Shown one piece after another: positions 38,591-47,849 of a stretch of DNA of 64,000 bases (its first letter is position 1; every line of letters starts with the position of its first letter). Position numbers and translations under genes: made by a program. The stretch spans positions 456 through 64,455 of the forward strand of contig JAZQYD010000079.1 of assembly GCA_045633405.1 (NCBI GenBank). Reading direction: 5' to 3'. The DNA comes from Eubacteriales bacterium (GTDB lineage Bacteria; Bacillota; Clostridia; Oscillospirales; CAG-272). The notes beneath the pieces are model-generated. The model saw nothing but the letters and a program-made list of their open reading frames with translations. It did not search any database and was not told where the DNA came from.

Positions 38591-39508
38591 ATGGCAGGCA
38601 ACTGGACTAAGCTTACAGTCACGGGACACGTGAATGACAGAGAGGAAATATGTGCCGTTATGAGCATGCTCGACAACGGACTTATGATAGAGGATTACAG
38701 CGACTTTTCTCTTAACGGTATGTACGGCGAGCTCGTCGATGACGAGATACTAAATGCTGACCGTGAGACGGTGAAGGTATCGATATTCGTACCCGAGGAG
38801 AAGAACGTGATGGATTACAGAGCGTTTCTCGCAGACAGACTCACCTCCCTCGGCATAAAGGGCGATATCACCCTCGAGGGAATGAACGAGGAGGACTGGT
38901 CGGAGAGCTGGAAGCAGTACTACAAGCCCGTCGAGCTCGGACGCATAACCGTTGTACCCGCATGGGAGAAGTACGAGCCCCGTGAGAGCGAGATAATCGT
39001 AAGAATGGATCCCGGTATGGCATTCGGCACCGGTACTCACGAGACCACCCGTCTTGTCATCAGGCTTATGCAGGACGTGCTCGTCCCCGGCTCGAGACTG
39101 CTCGACGTGGGCACCGGCTCGGGAATACTCTCCATCTGTGCATCGAAGCTCGGTGCGGGAAGCTGTAACGCCTATGACATCGACCCCGTAGCGGTTAAGG
39201 TGGCGAGAGATAACTGCCTCTCCGACGGCTGTACCAACATTACGGTAGGAGTTTCCGACCTTCTTCGGGGAGTCGACCTCTCGGGAGGTAAATTTGACAT
39301 CTGTGTCGCCAACATAGTATCCGACATTATCGTACGAATGATGCCCGACATCCACGCTTACCTGACAGACAGTGCCCCCATCATACTCTCGGGCATTATC
39401 GCCTCCCGCAAGGACGAGGTTGTAGAGTCGGTCGAGCGTGCAGGCTACACCGTGAAGAAGGAGCTCTGGGAAAACGATTGGGTAGCACTTCTGTGCGTAC
39501 GTGCATAA
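38591..39508 (+). CDS. prmA: Ribosomal protein L11 methyltransferase
   Basis: WKQYY, DPGMAFGTGTHETT, LDVGTGSG. Confidence 0.95.
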   Translation: MAGNWTKLTVTGHVNDREEICAVMSMLDNGLMIEDYSDFSLNGMYGELVDDEILNADRETVKVSIFVPEEKNVMDYRAFLADRLTSLGIKGDITLEGMNEEDWSESWKQYYKPVELGRITVVPAWEKYEPRESEIIVRMDPGMAFGTGTHETTRLVIRLMQDVLVPGSRLLDVGTGSGILSICASKLGAGSCNAYDIDPVAVKVARDNCLSDGCTNITVGVSDLLRGVDLSGGKFDICVANIVSDIIVRMMPDIHAYLTDSAPIILSGIIASRKDEVVESVERAGYTVKKELWENDWVALLCVRA

Positions 39509-39534
39509 TATTGCCGCATTTTTGAGGAGAAGAT

Positions 39535-40275
39535 ATGCCTAGGTTTTTCGTTAAGGACGATAAGATAAACAAGGAAGAAAAAATAATAACCGTAACGGGT
39601 GACGATGCCCGTCACATAGCCCGCTCTCTGCGTATGGCGGTGGGCGACAGTCTCACCGTATCCGACGGCGAGGGCACCGATTACGAATGTACCCTCACAA
39701 GAATACGTGACGAGGAGTGCCTGCTCTCCTACACCGAGTGTGTAAGAGGCTCTGCAGAGCCCCCCGTTAAGATCACCCTCTATATGGCGTATCCTAAGGG
39801 AGACAAGCTCGAGACGGTAGTGCAGAAGGCGGTCGAGCTCGGAGTATCGTCGGTGGTACCCTTCATCTCGGAGAGATGCATCAAGCGTCCGAGTGCCGAC
39901 AAGAAGGACAACAAGACCGACCGACTCGAGAGAATCGCACACGAGGCGGCGAAGCAGTGCGGCCGCTCTGCCCTCCCGACGGTCGGGACACCCATCACCT
40001 TTACCGAGCTGGTCGGAAGAATAAAGGATCATGACCTGACCCTCTTCTGCTATGAGGGACGCGATGCGGTATCCTTGAAGAGTGTGCTCGAGGGAGCAGG
40101 AGACAAAAAGAGCATCGCCGTAATAGTAGGCTCTGAGGGAGGCTTCTCCGAGAGGGAGGCTCTCGAATGTAAAAATGCGGGAGCGATGACGGTAAATCTC
40201 GGTCCTCGCATACTTCGCTGTGAGACGGCTCCCGACTACTGTCTGTCTGCAATTTCCTACGTTTTTGAGCTTTAA
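39535..40275 (+). CDS. rsmE: 16S rRNA m3U1498 methyltransferase
   Basis: QKAVELG, EAAKQCGR, GSEGG, LGPRILRCETA. Confidence 0.95.
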   Translation: MPRFFVKDDKINKEEKIITVTGDDARHIARSLRMAVGDSLTVSDGEGTDYECTLTRIRDEECLLSYTECVRGSAEPPVKITLYMAYPKGDKLETVVQKAVELGVSSVVPFISERCIKRPSADKKDNKTDRLERIAHEAAKQCGRSALPTVGTPITFTELVGRIKDHDLTLFCYEGRDAVSLKSVLEGAGDKKSIAVIVGSEGGFSEREALECKNAGAMTVNLGPRILRCETAPDYCLSAISYVFEL

Positions 40276-40507
40276 TAGGTAAAAAGACAGCGATTTCTTA
40301 ATAAAAATCATCCCGCTAAAGGTCTTGCTACGGCTTGCTTTAGTGGGATTTTTCACAAAAATTCATAATTTTTTTTGTAACATTCGTGAATTTTTTTCAA
40401 AAAACTATTGAAATTTATCTAAAAATCAGTTACAATGTAGTACAGTATTTACAAAAACTGACGGCAAAGACCGTTTTTATTTTTTGACGGAAGGTTAGGA
40501 TTTATAT

Positions 40508-41593
40508 ATGTCAAACCGCTTGTTCCAGAACGTAATACATCAGACTCGTGAGGTCATCGGCCGTACGATTGGTGTCATCGACGAGAACGGTATTATCGTA
40601 GCCTGCAGCGATATAAGCAAAATCGGAGAATCAAGACAACGCATCAGAGAGGAGCTCACCTACTCCGGCGAGGTCGTGGTATATGACAGATACACATACA
40701 GATTCCTCTCTCCTCAGAATAAAATACACTCGATAGTATTCGTCGAGGGTGACGATAACGAGGCGGCGAAGGCGGCACGTATGCTCTCCATCACGCTTGG
40801 AAGCATTAAGACTCTCTATGACGAGAAGTACGATAAGGGCTCGTTCATCAAGAACATCATTCTCGATAACATTCTTACCAACGATATATACGTGAAGTCC
40901 AACGAGCTTCATATGAACAATGACGGCGAGAGAGTTGTCTTCGCTATCAAGTTCCAGGGCCCCACCGAGCTTCCTCCCTACGAGGTCATCCAGAATATTT
41001 CCGATAAGAATACCCAGGATTATATCATAAACATCAACGAGCAGGACATAGCTATTGTTAAGGAGTATGAGGAGGAGCACTCGCACGAGGACGTCGAGGC
41101 TGAGGCCATCACTCTTATCAAGGCTGCTGCGAGCGAGTACGGTGCCAAGATACTCATCGGTATCTCCTCCACCGTTGACAAGCTCAAGGATCTTGCCAGA
41201 GCCTACAAGGAGGCGAGGATCGCACTCGAGGTCGGTAAGGTATTCGATATCGAGCGTCCCGTTATGTCCTATGAGAATCTCGGAATAGGCAGACTCATAT
41301 ACCAACTTCCCACCACTCTTTGCGAGATTTTCCTCGGCGAGGTCTTCAAGAAGGGATCACTCGAGTCGCTCGACCGTGAGACTCTTATGACCGTGCAGAG
41401 CTTCTTCGAGAACAATCTTAACGTCTCCGAGACGTCGAGAAAGCTCTTCGTGCACAGAAACACCCTTGTCTACCGCCTTGAGAAGATCCGCAAGCTTACG
41501 GGTCTTGACCTTCGTGAGTTTGACCACGCAGTTACCTTCAAGGTAGCTCTTATGGTCAAGAAGTATCTCACCAATAAGCCCACTAAATTCTGA
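40508..41593 (+). CDS. CdaR/PucR family transcriptional regulator
   Basis: C-terminal HTH NVSETSRKLFVHRNTLVYRLEKI. Confidence 0.9.
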   Translation: MSNRLFQNVIHQTREVIGRTIGVIDENGIIVACSDISKIGESRQRIREELTYSGEVVVYDRYTYRFLSPQNKIHSIVFVEGDDNEAAKAARMLSITLGSIKTLYDEKYDKGSFIKNIILDNILTNDIYVKSNELHMNNDGERVVFAIKFQGPTELPPYEVIQNISDKNTQDYIININEQDIAIVKEYEEEHSHEDVEAEAITLIKAAASEYGAKILIGISSTVDKLKDLARAYKEARIALEVGKVFDIERPVMSYENLGIGRLIYQLPTTLCEIFLGEVFKKGSLESLDRETLMTVQSFFENNLNVSETSRKLFVHRNTLVYRLEKIRKLTGLDLREFDHAVTFKVALMVKKYLTNKPTKF

Positions 41594-41704
41594 TAATACA
41601 TAGAGAGACCCGAAGGGGGCTCTCAGAGCTTGCCCTGCGGAATGAAAACGCAGGGTAAGCTGTTGTTTTATCATAAATAATGAATAAGGGTTGTATCATA
41701 TAAT

Positions 41705-43075
41705 ATGTTAAATAATTCAAAAGAAGATAAGGTCAAGAAGTCACACGTAGTCATACTCATAGTATGTCTCTCCCTCGTTCTCGCTCTCGGCATCGGAGCG
41801 GTTGTAGCCCTCTTCCTGCCTGAGAAGCCGATGGCATCCAAGGATGAGATACTTGAGAATATCGAGGACTTCGACGCCGAGGAAAACGATTTCAACTACA
41901 CAGCGGCTTATCTTAAGAAGCTCGGCATACGCGGCTTCGACACAGCCAAATTCAAGGAGTGCGAGAAGATATTCATAAACGAGTCGATCTACGGGATCGA
42001 GTCGAAGGGCGTCCTCGCAAGAGAGACGGCTAAGCTGTTCCTTGAATACTACTACGATGAGATCGATCTTAACGATAAGACCGCACTGACGGATGCTCTT
42101 ATCAACTGCTACGTTGAGGCATTCGGAGACAGATACGCAGTATACAGAACCAAGCAGCAGTACGGCGACTATCAGGAGAATATGTCAGGCTCCTTCGCAG
42201 GTATAGGCGTCAGCGTCAACTATAACGAAGAAAGAAATGCCATCCACGTGCTCTCCGTAACCGAGGGCTCAGGTGCTGAGGAAGCGGGCATTGTCGCAGG
42301 CGACCTGATCGTCGGAGCGGCAGGCAAGACTATCGATGAGGTTGGCTACGAGGGTCTTATCTCGCTGATACGCGGTAAGGTCGGCGACCCCGTCGAGATA
42401 CAGCTTATCCGCGGTGACGAGACTATCACACTGACGGTCATGCGTAAGCAGGTAGTAGAGAAATCCGTTACCTACAAAATGCTTGCAGACAAGATCGGAT
42501 ATATCAAAATTTCAGGCTTTAAGAGCAACACCCCCGAGCAGTTCCGCGAGGCGATCGACACACTCACAAGCAGCGGAGCGGAGGGTCTTATATTCGACCT
42601 TCGTGACAATCCCGGCGGATATCTTGACTCGGTGGTTGAAGTAATCGATTACCTTGTTCCTAAGGGAACACGCATAGCCTCCTATGCCACTGCCAAGGGC
42701 GAGACGGTCTACACTGCAAAGAATGACCACACAGTCGATCTGCCCATGGTAGTAATCTTCAACGGCAACACTGCTTCGGCAGGAGAGCTCTTCTCTGCTG
42801 CGATCAGAGATTACGCCGATATGGAAATATTGACAGCCGTATCGGTAGGAGAGAGAACGTTTGCCAAGGGTATCATGCAGTCGACACGTGTATTCTCCGA
42901 CGGCTCTACCCTCACTCTCACAATCGCATACTACAATCCCCCCTGCAACGTAAACTATGACAAGACCACCGACAATCCGGGTATAACTCCCGACTTCGAG
43001 TGCGGCGAGGCAGTGGGTACAGACGCCCCCCTTGCGGCGGCATACACCGAGATCAAGAAGCTCATCGGTAACTGA
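41705..43075 (+). CDS. S41 family carboxyl-terminal processing peptidase (PDZ)
   Basis: N-terminal TM, GIGV, DLRDNPGG, TASAGE, FAKG. Confidence 0.92.
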   Translation: MLNNSKEDKVKKSHVVILIVCLSLVLALGIGAVVALFLPEKPMASKDEILENIEDFDAEENDFNYTAAYLKKLGIRGFDTAKFKECEKIFINESIYGIESKGVLARETAKLFLEYYYDEIDLNDKTALTDALINCYVEAFGDRYAVYRTKQQYGDYQENMSGSFAGIGVSVNYNEERNAIHVLSVTEGSGAEEAGIVAGDLIVGAAGKTIDEVGYEGLISLIRGKVGDPVEIQLIRGDETITLTVMRKQVVEKSVTYKMLADKIGYIKISGFKSNTPEQFREAIDTLTSSGAEGLIFDLRDNPGGYLDSVVEVIDYLVPKGTRIASYATAKGETVYTAKNDHTVDLPMVVIFNGNTASAGELFSAAIRDYADMEILTAVSVGERTFAKGIMQSTRVFSDGSTLTLTIAYYNPPCNVNYDKTTDNPGITPDFECGEAVGTDAPLAAAYTEIKKLIGN

Positions 43076-43118
43076 TAAGTAATTAAAATAACGATCAAAT
43101 ATAATTAGGAGACAGAAA

Positions 43119-43604
43119 ATGGAACAGAAACTTTACACGCCCGAGGGCTTTAAGGCTCTTCAGGACGAGCTCGACTTCCTCATTAACGTAAAGGTTGAGG
43201 AGAATAAAAAGGAGATATCCAAGGCGAGAGCATACGGTGACCTCTCTGAGAACAGTGAGTATGATGCAGCTAAGCAGGAGCAGGCTGTCATCCACGCAAG
43301 AATCAACGAGCTTCAGGAGATGATCGCTAACGCTAAGGTTATCGACGAGAATCAGATCGATGAGACCAAGATCAGCGTTGGCTCTACCGTTAAGCTCTTC
43401 AACGTTGAGAGAAACCGTGAGTTCACGTATCACATAGTCGGCTCGTACGAGACCGACCCCGAGAACGGAAAGATTTCCGACTCCTCCCCCATCGGCCTCG
43501 CTCTTCTCGGAGCACGTGAGGGTGACGAGGTAGTTGTTGAGGGTGCAAGAATTCAGCACCTCAGAATCCTCTCCGTATCCCGTACCAAGGAAAATCAGAA
43601 CTAA
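43119..43604 (+). CDS. greA: Transcription elongation factor GreA
   Basis: GDLSENSEYDAAK, ISDSSPIG. Confidence 0.97.
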   Translation: MEQKLYTPEGFKALQDELDFLINVKVEENKKEISKARAYGDLSENSEYDAAKQEQAVIHARINELQEMIANAKVIDENQIDETKISVGSTVKLFNVERNREFTYHIVGSYETDPENGKISDSSPIGLALLGAREGDEVVVEGARIQHLRILSVSRTKENQN

Positions 43605-43620
43605 GACGAAGGATAACACA

Positions 43621-45117
43621 ATGGATAATAACGTTCAGAATTCAACAAACGAGCTCGTCGTAAGACGTGAGAAGCTCGCTACCCTTAAGGAGTCGGGCAA
43701 CAACCCCTTCCTTATTACAAAGTATGACGTGACCCACTCCGCTCCCGAGGCAATTGCCGAGTTTACCGCACGCGAGGAGACTCTTGCAGAGGGTGAGACC
43801 GTGAACGTCTCTATCGCAGGAAGACTTCTTTCTAAGAGAATCATGGGAAAGGCTTCCTTCGCTCACCTTCAGGACGGTGACGGTAAGATTCAGCTCTACG
43901 TTGCACGTGACGGCATCGGCGAAGAGGCCTATGCGGCATTCAAGAAGCTTGACGTCGGTGATATCATAGGCGTTGAGGGACACCTCTTCCGCACAAGAAC
44001 CGGTGAAATTTCGGTTCACGCCACCTCCCTTACCCTTCTTTCAAAGTCTCTTCTTCCTCTTCCCGAGAAGTTCCACGGACTTACCAATCTCGAGCAGAGA
44101 TACAGACAGAGATACGTTGACCTCATCGTCAACCCCGAGGTAAAGGATACCTTCATCAAGCGTTCCAAGATTCTCAAGCTCATAAGAGAGTATCTCGACT
44201 CCCACGGATTCCTCGAGGTCGACACCCCCATACTCCTTCCCCTTGAGATCGGTGCTAACGCACGTCCCTTCGTAACTCATCACAACACCCTTGATATCGA
44301 TATGTACTTAAGAATCGAGACCGAGCTCTACCTGAAGAGACTCATCGTCGGAGGAATGCACAAGGTCTACGAGGTCGGACGTATCTTCCGTAACGAGGGT
44401 ATGGATCAGAAGCACAACCCCGAGTTCACCTCTATCGAGCTCTACCAGGCATTCACCGACTACTACGGTATGATGGATCTCGTTGAGGAGCTCTATAAGA
44501 TGCTCGCACGTGAGGTCTGCGGTGACACCAAGATCACCTATCAGGGCATCGAGATCGATCTCGGCAAGTGGGAGAGACTCACTATGGCTGAGGCTGTTAA
44601 GAAGTACGCAGGCGTTGACTACTACGCTTGGAGCGGTGACGAGGATGCAAGAGCGGATGCCGAGCGTCTTCACGTAGAGGTACCGAAGGATGCAACTCGC
44701 GGTACTGTTCTCGTAGAGCTCTTCGATGCATTCGTTGAGGACAAGCTTATTCAGCCCACCTTCATCTACGATTACCCCGTAGAGAACAGCCCCCTCGCTA
44801 AGAGAAAGCCCGAGGATCCCAACTTCACCGAGAGATTCGAGTACTTCATCAACTGCACCGAGTACGGTAATGCATTCTCCGAGCTTAACGACCCCATCGA
44901 CCAGAGAGAGCGTTTCGAGCGTCAGGTCGAGGCTAAGAGACTCGAGAATCCCAACACCACGGCAGAGGTTGACTACGATTACATCACCGCCCTTGAGTAC
45001 GGTCTTCCCCCCACAGGCGGTCTCGGCTTCGGCGTAGACAGACTCGTAATGCTTCTAACCGATTCTGCATCGATAAGAGACGTTTTGCTGTTCCCGACGA
45101 TGAAACCTGAAACCTAA
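43621..45117 (+). CDS. lysS: Lysine--tRNA ligase (class II)
   Basis: YRQRYVDL, FRNEG, HNPEFT, YGLPPTGGLGFGVDR. Confidence 0.98.
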   Translation: MDNNVQNSTNELVVRREKLATLKESGNNPFLITKYDVTHSAPEAIAEFTAREETLAEGETVNVSIAGRLLSKRIMGKASFAHLQDGDGKIQLYVARDGIGEEAYAAFKKLDVGDIIGVEGHLFRTRTGEISVHATSLTLLSKSLLPLPEKFHGLTNLEQRYRQRYVDLIVNPEVKDTFIKRSKILKLIREYLDSHGFLEVDTPILLPLEIGANARPFVTHHNTLDIDMYLRIETELYLKRLIVGGMHKVYEVGRIFRNEGMDQKHNPEFTSIELYQAFTDYYGMMDLVEELYKMLAREVCGDTKITYQGIEIDLGKWERLTMAEAVKKYAGVDYYAWSGDEDARADAERLHVEVPKDATRGTVLVELFDAFVEDKLIQPTFIYDYPVENSPLAKRKPEDPNFTERFEYFINCTEYGNAFSELNDPIDQRERFERQVEAKRLENPNTTAEVDYDYITALEYGLPPTGGLGFGVDRLVMLLTDSASIRDVLLFPTMKPET

Positions 45118-45259
45118 TTGCAAGGCTGAAACTCCTTGATTTTGCTGGGTTTTTAGGAAAACTCGGCCGTAAAATTGTACGCCATTACACCAATTTTACG
45201 CCAATTTGTGCAGAGTAACACTCTTATACACAACGGAATGTACTAAGAATACACAATTT

Positions 45260-45306
45260 AAGAGCTATGAATTAAGCGTTATTATGCGCCGTTCATAGCT
45301 CTTTTT
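45260..45306 (+). terminator. Intrinsic terminator downstream of lysS
   Basis: AAGAGCTATGAA...TTCATAGCTCTTTTT. Confidence 0.75.
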
Positions 45307-45332
45307 GTTTTGCAAAAGAAAGGGGAAAATTT

Positions 45333-45473
45333 ATGAGACAAAATATTTATGAGATACCGAAGGTGCACCCCTTCATTAAAACACTTGAAAATGTCAAGGC
45401 GCTGCGAGATAATCTCGACGAGCATATTGAGATAACAAGTCAGCTTTGGGAGGATGGTATCCGATATTGTTAG
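45333..45473 (+). CDS. Small orphan ORF, 46 aa (MRQNIYEIPKVHPF...)
   Basis: AGAAAGGGG RBS and open frame only. May be a gene fragment. Confidence 0.35.
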   Translation: MRQNIYEIPKVHPFIKTLENVKALRDNLDEHIEITSQLWEDGIRYC

Positions 45474-45671
45474 GCTCCCCGTCAGAGTGCTACCCCGGCA
45501 CAATGATAGTCGCTCACCGTAATTCGGAAATGACCATGTCGGACACTCTCACTCACTCGCTCTCACTGCTTGCGGGCGGAGCGGTCATCCTCTGGCTCAT
45601 CATTAAGAAAAGAGGAGCAGTGTAAGCCACGGCGGATAAATTCCAAGAAAAGGAAAATATAATTCTCTATA

Positions 45672-45709
45672 TTGACTTATAATAACAAGATGTGATATAA
45701 TTAAGTCAA
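45672..45709 (+). promoter_or_regulatory. sigma-A promoter framed by an 8-bp inverted repeat
   Basis: TTGACT-18-TATAAT with a TG extension. TTGACTTA/TAAGTCAA inverted repeat. Confidence 0.6.
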
Positions 45710-45803
45710 ACCAAGAGACGGCAAATACCAAAACAAAAACAAAACAACCTCAAGGTCTGTATATTTTTGATATGCAGACCTTATTTAAAGAAGGAGAAGA
45801 AAA

Positions 45804-46748
45804 ATGATTTCCTGCACTGAATTTATTCCTGCTTACAGCGAGCTGTTCGCATATCTTGACAAGAAGAAGGGCTTCGACGAGGTACAGAACTTCTGGGCGT
45901 ATCTCTTCAATCCCGACGGCAAGGGTATTCCCCTTATCAACTTCGTAGAGCGTGAGGGCATCAGAGGATGCTACTCCTATTGGGGAGGCACTCTCAACGA
46001 GGAGGCCGCCGACTTCTCTATGTACGTCAACGAGAAGAGAGGCTTCTTCTATAACGTGATGCACCACTGTCCCTCTAAGGGCAGACTTCTCGAGCTCAAG
46101 GAGTCGATAGGCATCACTCCCTACCCCCACTACTGCTGGCACTGTGACTACTACCGCTATGCGGTTGAGAAGATAGGTCTCAAGTACATATACAACTTTG
46201 ACGGCACCGACAAGGCTCAGTGCTCGATGCTTATCTATGACCCGAAGGTGTTCGACGGCAGAGTGATCCTCGACGAGGACACGGAGGCTATGCACAGAAA
46301 CGCATCCGACAACGAGTATTTCCACAAGGATTTCCACTCCTCCCTCAATAAGGGCGTCGACTACCTCGGCAAGAATTACGGTCAGGAGTCGGTTGAGGAG
46401 TATCTCACCTCCTTCACGAAGAACGTATACAACAAGCTCATCGACGATATGAAGGTAAGAGGCCTCTCTGCTCTTGAAGAGAAGATTCTCGACACGTATG
46501 AGAAGGAGAAGGCACCCGATGCAGTCAAGACCGCACTCACCGAGGACGGAAGCAAGCTCACCGTTGACGTAGCATACTGTCCCGGCGTCACCCATCTTCG
46601 CGAGACTGGCAGAGTGGTATCCGATAAGTACCGCTACACCACCGAGACCGTTATGAGGGTGCTCGCAGAGTCAATCGGTGCAGAATTTGAAATGACCGAG
46701 TATGACGAGGAAACGGGTCGTGCCTCCTACTGCTTCATTAAGAGATAA
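45804..46748 (+). CDS. Hypothetical protein with two tandem V4R/ATC-hydrolase-like domains
   Basis: Internal duplication: HHCP...YCWHC...C in the first half, AYCP in the second. AAGGAG RBS. Confidence 0.55.
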   Translation: MISCTEFIPAYSELFAYLDKKKGFDEVQNFWAYLFNPDGKGIPLINFVEREGIRGCYSYWGGTLNEEAADFSMYVNEKRGFFYNVMHHCPSKGRLLELKESIGITPYPHYCWHCDYYRYAVEKIGLKYIYNFDGTDKAQCSMLIYDPKVFDGRVILDEDTEAMHRNASDNEYFHKDFHSSLNKGVDYLGKNYGQESVEEYLTSFTKNVYNKLIDDMKVRGLSALEEKILDTYEKEKAPDAVKTALTEDGSKLTVDVAYCPGVTHLRETGRVVSDKYRYTTETVMRVLAESIGAEFEMTEYDEETGRASYCFIKR

Positions 46749-46763
46749 GACAATTTTACAGCA

Positions 46764-46808
46764 TTGACAACAGGTAGCCTTTACTGTATAATAAGCGTGA
46801 AGGCTACC
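46764..46808 (+). promoter_or_regulatory. Consensus sigma-A promoter with an inverted repeat around the -10
   Basis: TTGACA-17-TATAAT. GGTAGCCTTTAC/GTGAAGGCTACC flank the -10. Confidence 0.75.
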
Positions 46809-46841
46809 AATACTTTCTATAAAACGTACAAGAGGAAAAAT

Positions 46842-47825
46842 ATGAAAAGACTAATTGTTTTTGCATTTATTCTCGCATTATCCTTTACGTTTCTCGCCTC
46901 ATGCGGGAAGTCCGAGGAGGAGTACACGCTTTATCTCGGAGTTAAAGCGACAGTTAACGGCACCTCCGTATCCGAGACCGTTGCGGCTGTTGTAACCGAC
47001 GGGGACGGTAAGATAGTACAGTGCAGAATAGACGTTATTGATTTCTCCGCAAAGGTGGATAACAGAGGAGACGCCATTGTCACGAAGCCCATCACCAAGC
47101 GTGAGCAGGGTGACGATTACGGCATGGCTGAATGGGCTCCCGCAGGCGAGTGGTATAAGCAGGCTGAGCACTTTGAGAAGTACGTTGTCGGTATGACGCT
47201 CGAGGACGTGAAGTCCATAGGTCTCGTTGCAGGCAAGGGCGAGGATGCAGATCTCTTAGCAGGCTGTACCATTGCTGTATCCGACTTCGTGGATGCTGTT
47301 ACAAAGGCTCTTGAAGGGAACAACAAATACACCTTCTCCGCAAAGGGTGATATCACCTCCGCAGTGTCGGCAATAGCGAGCGTTTCCGCAGCCGTCGCTA
47401 CCGATGAGAGCGGCAACGAGGACCCCACAAAGCTCACCTTTAGCTTCCAGACCGATTTCGGTGCAGTAGCGAGTGCTAAGGGCAGAGTGGCAGGAGCTCT
47501 CGTGGATTCGATAGAGATAAAGGTCAGCTGTGACGTTGTTGACAGTGTTGATAATGAAAACAATCCTACCAAGGCACTCTCGGTAACCTCTACATCAAAC
47601 AGAGGTACGAAGTTCGAGCTCGGTGACAATTACGGCATGGCGAAGTACGATCCCGACAACGTGAAGGGCGAATGGTACGTGCAGGCAACCGAGCTGGCAA
47701 AGGCATCTATCGGCTATGAGACTAAGAAGCTCTCGGTATTCCTTGAAGACAACGTAGCAGGATGCACCATGTACGTCGACGGCTACAAGGCGGCACTGAT
47801 CAAGGCCGCCGAAACGGTCAGATAA
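46842..47825 (+). CDS. Lipoprotein with two FMN-binding-like domains
   Basis: Lipobox LASC. Duplicated TK.E.GD.YGM...EWY.QA...AGCT motif. Directly upstream of apbE. Confidence 0.7.
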   Translation: MKRLIVFAFILALSFTFLASCGKSEEEYTLYLGVKATVNGTSVSETVAAVVTDGDGKIVQCRIDVIDFSAKVDNRGDAIVTKPITKREQGDDYGMAEWAPAGEWYKQAEHFEKYVVGMTLEDVKSIGLVAGKGEDADLLAGCTIAVSDFVDAVTKALEGNNKYTFSAKGDITSAVSAIASVSAAVATDESGNEDPTKLTFSFQTDFGAVASAKGRVAGALVDSIEIKVSCDVVDSVDNENNPTKALSVTSTSNRGTKFELGDNYGMAKYDPDNVKGEWYVQATELAKASIGYETKKLSVFLEDNVAGCTMYVDGYKAALIKAAETVR

Positions 47826-47849
47826 GTAAATATTCATTTACATTTTTAT

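Larger units (their letters stand above)
45055..45640. mobile_element. Probable integration scar/att remnant at the lysS 3' end
   Basis: Atypical codons in the last ~20 lysS codons, three TAC(G/A)CCA direct repeats at 45178-45203, short orphan ORFs. No integrase. Confidence 0.45.

Noticed and set aside
45178-45260. CRISPR array or iterons
   Set aside because: Repeats are only 7-11 bp and irregularly spaced, with no cas or rep gene.
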